Below are positions 13,601-23,670 of a stretch of 49,199 nt of DNA, piece after piece (the first letter of the stretch is position 1; the number at the start of each line of letters is the position of its first letter). The DNA comes from Catajapyx aquilonaris (lineage: Eukaryota), in the NCBI GenBank assembly GCA_000934665.2, contig JYFJ02002897.1, positions 1 through 49,199 on the forward strand. The letters are read 5' to 3'. The translations under genes and the position numbers were made by a program. The notes beneath the pieces are model-generated. The model was given only the letters and a program-made list of their open reading frames with translations. It had not been told where the DNA came from and did not search any database.

Positions 13601-14273
13601 TTACATAACGGGTAATAGCATGCAACAGTTTAATTAGTGCGTCTTTCAGAAGCATTCTTAAGTAAATTTATTTGTAAATATTTTTTTTGATGCTGTATAA
13701 TATTTCACTTGAATTCGGATATAACAGACAGGCCGGTCCCCCCATACTTCCACAAGGCCCTGGTGTATTCGTCTATAACAGACCTTGGTTATAACAGACT
13801 TGTTTCCTCTGTCCCTTGAAGTCTGTTATGTCTTAATCCAACTGTATGCAGTGTTAGCAAAAAATGTTGTTGAAAAGTGTTTTTTGAAATTATTATCAGT
13901 GTATGTTAGGTGAGTGGTCACACATTGGCATGATGGTGACCCAGAGACAAGCTGACTTGATGAGAAGGGCAAACAGAAATGAGGAGTGTCTGATGTGCAC
14001 ACCGCAATGGTCCTGTGGGCGTACCTTGTACGAGGAGGGTCGTCTGTGGTCCATGCTGCTGCTGGTGTCGGGGGCCAGCAGCCCTTCCCTCCTGGTCCTG
14101 CAGCTGTGGGTGCTCCTGCTGATCCCTCGGGAAAGCATGCTCCCTGCTCCTTCCCGCCTTCTTCCCTCCACCGTCGACGCCACTGGTCGAGCCAATCCGG
14201 CCAATCTGGAGGCCAGTCCGCAGCCTCGACAGCCAATCCCCACCAACCCCTTCGCCATCGTCATCGTCACCAT
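10622..14273 (-). CDS. FPGS: Folylpolyglutamate synthase paralog 2 with N-terminal mitochondrial-type leader. Exons 14273-14025, 12419-11929, 11791-11100, 11028-10622
   Basis: DAIQALNSLQTN, IIHVSGTKGKGSTCA, EVGIGGLYDCTNVI, WPGRSQ, FLDGAHT, MGSLHLVG. Exon 1 is Arg/Ser/Gly-rich, ends SSYK|gtacgc (phase 0) and has an in-frame downstream ATG at 14054. Exon 1 assignment is less certain than the core. Confidence 0.88.
13706..13844. mobile_element. Degenerate pogo/Tigger-like MITE in FPGS-2 intron 1
   Basis: Left end cacttgaattcggatataacagac versus reverse complement of right end cagttggattaagacataacagac; internal ataacagac repeats; TA on the right flank. Confidence 0.55.
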
Positions 14274-15306
14274 CGCCGCCCCGGAAGAAGATGACGACGG
14301 ACGGACGGACGAGCGATTTGCAAGTAAACAAACACTAGATTACGCCCGGTCGGTGTTGCTTTAACAGAAGGAGACGGGCAACAACACAGCAGCACGTGCA
14401 CCACCACACACGGCCTCAGCCGCAGAGCAACGTGCACACACAGCGCCACCGCGCGTAGTGCAGCGCATGTTGTTGCACGGACACACTGCACTTGCGACAC
14501 ATGGGGACAGGTGGCGGGAGTCGCTCAAGAGCCGCGCTTTGCAAACGGGGGCCATTCACACGCCGGGAATGGGGAAACCGGACCCGCTCCGGAACAGGCC
14601 CCGGTTGCAAAGGACGGCGTTGCCAACTCATACTGCTGATCTGTAGCCAACAGAATTCATCCAAAATGGGTTGGCTACATAATTTTTGTCCCGTGCACTG
14701 TCCCACGAAACTTCCACCCACTGTCTCTACTAACAGCACATAGTGGGCCAGTTCCAGAACGGGTCCAGTTTTGAAATGATACAGTGGAGCTGCAGTGCTC
14801 ATGATCCCCAGGTCAAGAGAATGAGAGGCGGAGTATGCATTTGAAAATCTCGGATGTCGCTGGTTACCTTTTATGTAATTACTACTAACCTCGCAAATCA
14901 CGTCAAGCTTGGCAAGATGAGTGCATTGCAATGTCGCCTACAATGCAGCCTCGTGGTGACTGTCCTGTAGAAATAAACCGAGAGAACGCAGCAGCACCAT
15001 CACAACAAAAAAAAAACAGTGATCTATCCTTGACCAAGAACGTAAGGAGGATCAGATACCCTTTGCTTAATTGAGGGGTTCAAGGTTGGTATTACACAAC
15101 CTGAACTTATGACGCCACATGTTTGCTTAAAAGAGATTTCCTATACAGTCAAGCAAGTTATGGTACAAAAACAGTGGTTTAATTACTGGCAGGTTTATGA
15201 CCTCCAATAGGTCTTTGGAAAAATACATGTTGCACAAAAATTATAGCAGAATCTTTTATCAGCCGCACATGCTCTACAGGCCACCGTACAGCTTGATCAT
15301 GGAAAT

Positions 15307-16338
15307 TCATTCATCATCCAACACCTCAAGAGGGAATTGACTTTTGGCCACCTCAAATGTCTCTGCCACATGAAACACAATAGCTTCTCCTGTAGTCTCC
15401 AGCTCATATTCACACATGATGTCCTCATGTACTATAACTGCCACATCATCCAGGCCGTGCTTCTTCTTTACGTGTTCTGTATATCTGTACTTACGATTTG
15501 TTCCATACCCGCACCTCTCACAGACAAATGCATAGTCCTTGGTATGAATAGATGACACATGACTCCGCAACAGTTTGGGGAGGGAAAATGCCTTTCCACA
15601 GATGTGGCACGTGTGTGGCTTGATCCCGTTGTGAGTCCGCTTGTGATCAGCCAGATGAGATGAAGTGTAGAATTTTTTAGAGCAAACGTCACATTCGTAG
15701 CGACGTAACTTCTGATGCACAAGTATTACATGTTGCCGCAAACTGTTGTGGTGTTTGAAGTCCTTCCCACATTGGTTGCACATTAATACACGCTCACCTG
15801 TGTGAATACGTGCATGCTCCTCATGGGCTTGCCTGGAAAAATGACACTGGTTATAAACTTGTACTGTAACAGCAACTCAACATAACAAATGGCCAATATT
15901 GAAGTTAACGATGATTTGAGAGTCCTTTTGGCATCCTCACATTTTCAGCTTCAATTTATACAAAGTGCTGCTGATATTTCCCATCTTACTACCTCTGGAT
16001 GAATACCCCTAATTCATTTATAATATTGTCATTCACCATCAATGTACTTGACTTTTGCTCGGACTCAATTTGCATTTACTCCCAGCCATGCTTCCTCATT
16101 TTATTACTTGCCTGTGATGAAAGCCTTTGCTGCACACCTCACACTGATATCGGTACTTCCCCTCGTGTGCTTTCATGTGGTTGCGGATTCCTGCAGCAGA
16201 ACGCAAGACCTTTCCACACACGTGACAGACTTGTGGTCCTGGCTCCTTGCGAGGCCGAAGCTCCTTATTGCGATGAGAATCTAAGGTTTTCTTGGTCCTA
16301 AACATACGCCCACATAGGTCACACTGGAAGCTGCGGAC
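15307..16338 (-). CDS. C2H2 cassette D (7 fingers), putative alternative terminal module of the ZAD-like gene. Exons 16338-16112 and 15832-15307
   Basis: Acceptor ttacag|GTC CGC AGC TTC CAG TGT (phase 0) and no own N-terminus. An internal GC-AG intron restores GFHHR-QAHEEHARIHTGE. Confidence 0.82.
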
Positions 16339-17261
16339 CTGTAATTAATGCAACATACAATTAACATCAGGAGTCACTGTGCCATGACTCGTAACTGAAT
16401 AAGAACTCTCACCATTGACATATTTAAATGGAATGTAGGGCATTTGCTCAGTGCCTTTCCCTCTCTGATCATTCGATATGTAATATGATCAGACCAAGTC
16501 ATTAACAAATTGGGAAAACTGTGTAAAAAGCATTACTTGGTTAATGTTCAATGTAGGCACAGCATACCATAAATGACATCCATGTACACTTTTTATCCCT
16601 GGTTAGTTTTCCTTCACAGCAGGTTATTTCTCCCTGTAAGTGTTCTACTACTAGTATGGTAGGTAGTGAGTTATACAAAAAAACTCAAGTCCAGAAATAG
16701 ATGACACACTTTATGTACACAAGCACATACTGGTAAATACTCTACATAATTATGTCTGTAACTGTGTATTAATGCTACGAGTAAATACATCAGCCAGCCA
16801 TTCAAATCATATACATCTGTCAATCTGTCATGTACATTGACATTTTATTCTCTCAGGACCACAAAGTAATTCAAAAATTTAGGTAACAGTACATGTCTTC
16901 TTCTTCAGGAAGCAGATTTCATTTGCTACTCTTACAGCAACATTGCATATTATGGTGTGATGTCATTAAAACTTCCAATTATAAAATATAAATAATTAAC
17001 TTATCATCTTTACATAAATATTTTCCTGGTATATTAATGGCCCACAAGCTATTAAGCTGGAGGGGAATTTTTCACAAGTGTTACGAGGATCTCCAGTGTA
17101 ACAGCAAGTTATTTTCCATGCTATCAATGTGCAAGTTCCAGCTCCATGCTCGACTCACCACCCTGCACTTCCAGTACCAATGTGAGCAAAAAATACACAG
17201 GATAGCAAATATCCATGTAAAGTACATCCAAAATAAACAAAAAACATATCTTGTTGATGTA

Positions 17262-17472
17262 CCCCCGCGAGCATAAAGATAGAGACGACAGGCCATTTTT
17301 TGACCTTTCTTTATCCGACTGAAATTAATGAACTCTTTTTGGACCGAGTTAGCTGCTTCAGGCGTGTGTTCATGTATTTATGACAGTATATTTGATACTG
17401 TAATTGCTGAGATTGGCAGAGCAGCCTGCCGAAGGTGAGGGCCTGCCGTCTCCATCTTTATGCTCGCGGGTG
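17262..17472. mobile_element. TA-flanked MITE (Tc1/mariner-type)
   Basis: TA-cccccgcgagcataaagatagagacgacaggcc ... ggcctgccgtctccatctttatgctcgcgggtg-TA; TIRs of about 33 bp. Confidence 0.8.
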
Positions 17473-17952
17473 TACATACTAAGCCTTGTCACATGCCTTA
17501 CTTATTCTCACATCGATTGATTTCAAAATCAACACACAGTCATTCACTCACATTGACAATATTTGGTCAATCAAATGCATGCCAGTCATATTATTCAATT
17601 AATGAAACCCTGCAAGTAGCAAAGTAATTGAAAATCACTGTAGTTTGACATTAAACAAAATATTCACAAAACTTTTAAATGGCATTAACGTTTCTTCCTG
17701 TGCCATTACCAAAATCCCCACTGTAGCTTTACTTCCCAAATAATAAATAAAGAAGCTTGTAATGGAGACATAATCGGCAGATAGAAAAGTTTTAAACCTA
17801 TTCTGAACTTCTCCAAACACAAAATTAGCATGACTTGCCCTGCCTTTGATGCCATATTTGCATAGGTCCTACCGGATCCTAATTAATACAGTACAGCTAA
17901 ACTGCCCTAAACTGTAGAAATCAGTCAGGCAGAGCACATGTAACTTTTGTCA

Positions 17953-19128
17953 CTAAGCAACAGTGGTCTCTGGTTCCACCAAAGTTGACTCGCCCCCTTC
18001 TTCTGGCACTTGCACTAGCACGATGCTATCTCCAATCTCCAGATTGGCATCACCAAAATCCACAATCACCTCCGTGCCCTCTGCAATGCCTCCATCACTG
18101 CCCACAATCACCTGCTGCTCTGTTGCGAGCATGTCTCCTTCGCTGTCCGCATTTTCCACCTCTTCCACTCTTCCTACTTTTATGTCCCCGTCCCATTCTT
18201 CCGTTATTTGTGCATCATCTTCCACGCCATGCTTTTGCTTCATGTGCTGTAAGAATCGGTTGCGGCGGTTGTTGCGGTGGTCACAGAGTTTGCACTGGTA
18301 AAGGTACTCTTCAGAATGGACCTGCATGTGTCGCTTCAGAGTACCAGAGCGTGTGAAGGTCTTCCCACACAATCCACATGCATACTGCGGGCCGGGTAAA
18401 TGGGTCTTCTCATGCGCCCGCAGGTGAGAATTCACGAAGTAGCGCTTACCACACTTGTCACATGGGTACACACGCTTTCCTTTCTCATGGTTGATGTTCT
18501 TATGTTGCCAGAGCGATGCCACGTGGCGGAAGGTGCGACTGCATATGTCGCATTTGAAGGATTTCTCTCCAGTATGTATGTAGCGATGTGATAACAGTGT
18601 GTTCCGTGCCATAAACCCAGCACCACAGATGTCGCAGGTAAATCTGAACTGCCCCCGGTGCTCATTCACATGGTTACGAATACCGGATTCAGACCGATAT
18701 ACTTTCCCGCACACTTCACATATGTGGCCAGCAAGACCTTGATGTACAGACCAGCGATGCTTACGTAACTTTGCATGGTAACTGAAAGTCTCCCCACACA
18801 TGTCACAAGGGTATGACGTCCCCCCTCCTTTTCGCTGCTCACGTCGCATGTGCACATCAAATGCCTTTTTTGTTGCTAAAATAGCGCCGCAGTGGTGACA
18901 CTGGTACTGCAGGTCGTCCTGTCGTGACTCAGGCAGGCAGAAGGTATGGTCAGTGTGACGACCAGGTGGTGATTCCGGCGAAGTGTGATCCTCGCTCCTG
19001 ACGGCAACCGTGCCTTTTCCTGACTTCCGCAGGGTGATGCTGACCCTCTTCCCCTCACTCGTCTTCCAGGGGAAAGTGACTATGCTGCTGCCCCGACGGC
19101 GTAATCCCATTTCTGGGTTCTGATCGCT
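17953..19128 (-). CDS. C2H2 cassette C (8 fingers plus acidic tail), putative alternative terminal exon
   Basis: Acceptor tttttag|AGC GAT CAG at 19128 (phase 0), in frame with ORF 17953-19110. HTGEK linker present. Confidence 0.85.
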   Translation of the reverse strand, partial: SDQNPEMGLRRRGSSIVTFPWKTSEGKRVSITLRKSGKGTVAVRSEDHTSPESPPGRHTDHTFCLPESRQDDLQYQCHHCGAILATKKAFDVHMRREQRKGGGTSYPCDMCGETFSYHAKLRKHRWSVHQGLAGHICEVCGKVYRSESGIRNHVNEHRGQFRFTCDICGAGFMARNTLLSHRYIHTGEKSFKCDICSRTFRHVASLWQHKNINHEKGKRVYPCDKCGKRYFVNSHLRAHEKTHLPGPQYACGLCGKTFTRSGTLKRHMQVHSEEYLYQCKLCDHRNNRRNRFLQHMKQKHGVEDDAQITEEWDGDIKVGRVEEVENADSEGDMLATEQQVIVGSDGGIAEGTEVIVDFGDANLEIGDSIVLVQVPEEGGESTLVEPETTVA

Positions 19129-19519
19129 CTAAAAATCACAAACAGAAAAGGTGTTAACATGGCCATTAGGACAATAACAACACGTGTAACCAACAAGAAT
19201 TTATTAGGCCGAAGCACCCAGTCAGTCTGGTACAATAGCCCTACTTACATATTCACAAACTATAAATATATGGCAGTGTTGTGAACCAGAGATTTCTAAT
19301 ACTCGTCACTTGCTAAGTCAATGATTGTGACAACTTTTGCAAACTGTAGTGGCTTGTTGCCAGAGGAAGAAATGCTGTTAACGCCTATCCTGTTATTTAT
19401 GGGAGTAATGGAAATGGTACCATACCATAATTAAACACAAATAAAAACAGGAAATTAATAAAAATTTAATATATTACCTACAATATTTACATTGCCTGTA
19501 ACCCTGACATGACAACTGC

Positions 19520-20626
19520 TCATTTACGCTTCACTTTACATAGGTTGACCTCTCCAGGATCATTAACTCCATGTACTGCCTTCAAATGCTGACTCATTCT
19601 CCCTCGACGATTGGTCCCAAGCTGACATTGTGTGCACCGATACAAGTACAACCCTGTGTGACGTGACACATGATCTTTCAACACGTCTCGCCTAAAAAAT
19701 GATTGTGAGCAGAATTCACATGGGAAGGGCCGGTCTGCAAGGTGGCTCCGTTTGTGCTGCGCTAAGTGAGAGCTCACACCATAAGCCTTTCCACACACAT
19801 CACACATGAAGCGCTTCTCACCTTGGCCATGTATAAGCCGCGAGTGCACAAGCAGTGAGCTGGCTTGTCTGAAAGTTTGTCCACACCTCTCACAAACATG
19901 CCGTTTCTCCCCGGTGTGTATGGCGCAATGTTCCTCGTATCCCTCTCTAGCAAAGAAACCCTTTCTGCACACCTGGCAATGATACTTGAACTCGCCTCGG
20001 TGGCGGGCTTGATGCATTTGGAACCCTCGCCATGTCTTTAATGTGCGGTCACATATTTTGCAGTGGTTGGGTCCAACTGATTTCTGGAGATTCTTCTCCC
20101 TGGTGTGTATGGCGCAATGTTCCTCGTATCCCTTTCTGGCAAAGAAACCCTTTCTGCACACCTGGCAATGATACTTGGACTCGCCTCGGTGGCGGGCCTG
20201 ATGCGTTTGGAACCCTCCCTGTGTCTTGAATGTGCGGTCACATATTTTGCAGTGGTTGGGTCCAACCGATTCCTGGAGATTCTTCTCCCCAGTGTGTATG
20301 GCGCAATGTTCCTCGTATCTCTTTCTGGCAAAGAAACCTTTTCTGCACACCTGGCAATGATATTTGAACTCTCCTCGGTGGCGGGCCTGATGCGTTTGGA
20401 ACCCTCGCCGTGTCTTGAATGTCCGGTCACATATTTTGCAGTGGTTGGGTCCAGCTGATTCCTGGTGATTCCACTGATGCTCCAGGCGCTGAGAGTCACT
20501 TGCAAACCTTTCCCCACATATGCTACATTTGTACGGAAACAATGGATGACTTCTCTTCTGGTTCTTCGTATCGCAACGGGAATCCAAAGAAGGACCTCTC
20601 TGCATGTCTTGCTTGCTTGACTTTCG
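19520..20626 (-). CDS. C2H2 cassette B (11 fingers, internal triplication), putative alternative terminal exon
   Basis: Acceptor ttccctttccag|CGA AAG TCA at 20626 (phase 0); open to the stop at 19520. Confidence 0.85.
   Translation of the reverse strand, partial: RKSSKQDMQRGPSLDSRCDTKNQKRSHPLFPYKCSICGERFASDSQRLEHQWNHQESAGPNHCKICDRTFKTRRGFQTHQARHRGEFKYHCQVCRKGFFARKRYEEHCAIHTGEKNLQESVGPNHCKICDRTFKTQGGFQTHQARHRGESKYHCQVCRKGFFARKGYEEHCAIHTREKNLQKSVGPNHCKICDRTLKTWRGFQMHQARHRGEFKYHCQVCRKGFFAREGYEEHCAIHTGEKRHVCERCGQTFRQASSLLVHSRLIHGQGEKRFMCDVCGKAYGVSSHLAQHKRSHLADRPFPCEFCSQSFFRRDVLKDHVSRHTGLYLYRCTQCQLGTNRRGRMSQHLKAVHGVNDPGEVNLCKVKRK
19905..20465 (-). repeat. Three tandem copies of a 189-bp (63-aa, two-finger) unit
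   Basis: atgt(g/c)cggtcacatattttgcagtggttgggtcc recurs at 20041, 20230 and 20419. Confidence 0.95.
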
Positions 20627-21802
20627 CTGGAAAGGGAAGGAACTTGCTAGTAATGCAAGATCTGTGGTCCAAAGCATTTTTATGCCATCCAGTTGCAATT
20701 TGGGGACATCTGGACATGTCACCACATCAAAGGAGAGATGAAACTGCAGAAAAATTGGCACAAACTAGCAACTAAATTGAAACTATTTTTAAGTTTCTTC
20801 TGAGTCTCATTAAGTTCTTGGGAGCTACTACAGATTGGCAGGCTTTTACTTCACACTGATTTTGAATTTTGTGTGTGGATGGATATCAGTTTGAAATAAA
20901 TACCACTTAGGAAATAAACAATAATAACCAACCAAAACACGGTACATGTGATATTTAATTTCTCGTGGGGTTCAAAATACAATATTCTCATTCTTACATC
21001 ACACTGGAATATAAATCCTACCCTAAAAATATGTGAACTTTATGCAAATTGAAGGAAGCATTTGTCTTGCGCACACAAGCATCACACACAACTAAATGTG
21101 ACTGTCCAAACTCAAAAGACTAATATAATTGTGCTTGCAAGTCATTTCAGTGAAAGCTACATTACCAACTTCTCTCGTGGTGGTGGCCACATCATGCCAG
21201 ATAGCCTTTATCGCTTCGGCTCCCCCCAACCAACCAACCATAGCTGCTTTATGTGATGAAATGCGGTCTTTATTGCAACTGCACAGCAGCAAAGGCTGGC
21301 ACAATACTACCATCATTATTGAATGATTTCATACACTTAGGGATTGCCACTCCAGAAAATAATCAGTTTCTAACACCTAAAACCAGCTCCTTGGTTGCTG
21401 TGCACATGCACGCATTATTTACATTTCCTGCGCAGAAGCTGTGACCAAATCACAACAGTACCCCACTGCATGCCATTGCAAGATTAAATTTTGCATTCCT
21501 TCACATCAAGCTAAAATGGCCTGAAGAATTTATGTTACGCACATGATAAAAGAATCAACCATTTCCATAACCTGCAGGCCGGTTGGTCATTGTAACAAAC
21601 TGGAAGCTACCATCACTTGGCTTTTAGAAACAGTGGCTGTAGCTTCACTACACAACTGTATCAACAAGCTTGGCATTATTAATGTGCACAACTCTGCACT
21701 TACATTAGGTAAGCCTGTACTTAGGCTCATATTCACTGAAGGTGCAATCCAGAAAAAAGGCCAAAACGTGAAAACCACCACAAATTTACCAACGATGGCA
21801 CT

Positions 21803-23038
21803 TTAACTTGTGTACACGATGCTGTGCAGCACATTCCCACCCTCCCCCTGTATCATCTCTAGTCCTTGAACTGCCTCCATCACTGCAGACTCCTCAATCT
21901 CAACCTTGGAGTCAACGTCAGTAGCATCAATGATGACTGTGGCACCATGCTCAAACTCCTGCTCTTCAATGACCTGTCCCTGAATCACGTTCACGTAAGT
22001 CTCAGTCACTTCTCCATTCCCAATCTCCAGGCTCTGCCTTATCTCATCCATCTGCTGCCGGAAGGTGCTCACATAGTTCCCAAAAGCTCCCTCGTCCTTA
22101 AGTACGTTTGGATCCACCTGGTGCACGTTCTGGACGTGGCAAGCTGCCCTGTACTTCCTATTGCTGCGGAATTCACACATTCGACAGTTGTACACGTATC
22201 GCTTGGTGTGGGTGCTCATGTGCAGCTTGAGGGACGTATGGCGTGTGAACCTCTTGCCACACTGGTCACAACCATAAGGCTTGACCTCAAGGTGACTCTT
22301 CTTGTGTGCTGCCAAGTGATTCGGTAACTGGTATTCTTTTCCACATATGTCACACCGATATTTTCGCTTGGATTCACCATGAATTAAGATGCGATGTGAC
22401 CACAGGGATCCATAGTGTCGAAACTGCTCGTTGCACAGATTGCAAGTAAATGATTTTTCACCAGTGTGTATTGCACAGTGCGACTGGTAGTTCATCCTCT
22501 GACTAAATCCTCGGCCACAGGTTTCACATCTGTAGCGATACTCGCCACGGTGCCATGCAATATGATTCTGCAACCCCGTTTTGGACTGGAACAGCTTCCC
22601 GCATACTTCACAAACATGTCCGCGCATACCTGAATGTGCCCACTCATGCTTCTGCCACTGCGCCTGTGAACGAAACTGCTCACCACAGCGCTTGCATTTG
22701 AACACAGTCCCCTTTTCCCGCTGAACGTGCTGAGTCAGCGCACGTGACGATCCAAAACACTTGCCGCAAGTCTCACACTGAAATGCATTTCCACTGTCAC
22801 TAGTTTTAGTTGAATTGGAGGCTGGCTTGCGCGACTTGGTGCTCCTGCCCTTTTGAAGTAGTATGGCCATAGCTTCCTTACGAGACGTGCTTGGATCTGG
22901 GCACATCCTCTGAATTATCCGATCCAGCTGGGTTTCAGCAATGTCAGCAGTAACGAGTGGATTGCCCTCCGATGTCTTGGTGGCCCCGCGTTTTGATCTG
23001 GTCATGCCTTGCCGGGCAGGTGGATGAGAGGACCTCAC
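21803..23038 (-). CDS. C2H2 cassette A (8 fingers plus acidic tail), first terminal exon of the ZAD-like gene
   Basis: Acceptor ctccccacag|GTG AGG TCC at 23038 (phase 0), in frame with ORF 21803-23056. Confidence 0.87.
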   Translation of the reverse strand: MRSSHPPARQGMTRSKRGATKTSEGNPLVTADIAETQLDRIIQRMCPDPSTSRKEAMAILLQKGRSTKSRKPASNSTKTSDSGNAFQCETCGKCFGSSRALTQHVQREKGTVFKCKRCGEQFRSQAQWQKHEWAHSGMRGHVCEVCGKLFQSKTGLQNHIAWHRGEYRYRCETCGRGFSQRMNYQSHCAIHTGEKSFTCNLCNEQFRHYGSLWSHRILIHGESKRKYRCDICGKEYQLPNHLAAHKKSHLEVKPYGCDQCGKRFTRHTSLKLHMSTHTKRYVYNCRMCEFRSNRKYRAACHVQNVHQVDPNVLKDEGAFGNYVSTFRQQMDEIRQSLEIGNGEVTETYVNVIQGQVIEEQEFEHGATVIIDATDVDSKVEIEESAVMEAVQGLEMIQGEGGNVLHSIVYTS

Positions 23039-23670
23039 CTGTGGGGAGGGAACCAAGAGGAATCCTGCAATTATGTTCCATCCCCATTTGTTGCTTCATA
23101 ACTAGGCAGTATGACTCCCTCGGACACATGCAAAATAATTGCAGGATACCTAAGGTCCCTCCCTTGCAATTTTCTCTCCCTCAACAATACCATATATTAA
23201 GAGAGCTAGCCTGCACTCATACAAACAAAAGATGCTCCCATCCAGTAAGCCTCACAAGAGATGCAGCATTACCCAGGGATCCTAAGCTTCTATGTTCTAT
23301 GATGGGGGAAAATTAGTACAGCCTTGGAAAAAAGCTCCAGAAGGTGACGAAGGTCTCATCATGCCTTCCATGTGGTGTTTAATCTTGCTAGTGCCCTGGT
23401 TTAACTTTAAATGACTTGATTCGCTCCTATCTCACAAGCTTGCCAACCCAAGTCAGGACTAATGATGGCACACCTTCAACAAAAACCTCATAGTTTGGCT
23501 CACTTGCCATATTAAAAATGCAAGTTAAGGCTGCAATGAGTCTACCGCTGCTCCTGTGAGGCTAGGTAGATAGCATCTGCCCGTCCACACTAACGAAAGC
23601 CAACTCAATGTGCACCAGAAATACACCCCTCACCACTTACATTAAATTTCAACATTAAAATGATTCTCAC

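Noticed and set aside
13826..14931. Many overlapping ORFs in all frames
   Set aside because: Explained by the GC-rich first exon and promoter of FPGS-2. Only 14273-14025 has a suitable donor and phase.
14938..14964. Possible fifth, finger-less terminal exon of the ZAD gene (ctacag|DSHHEAAL*)
   Set aside because: A good acceptor but only 8 codons and no homology; it could equally be a UTR exon or chance.
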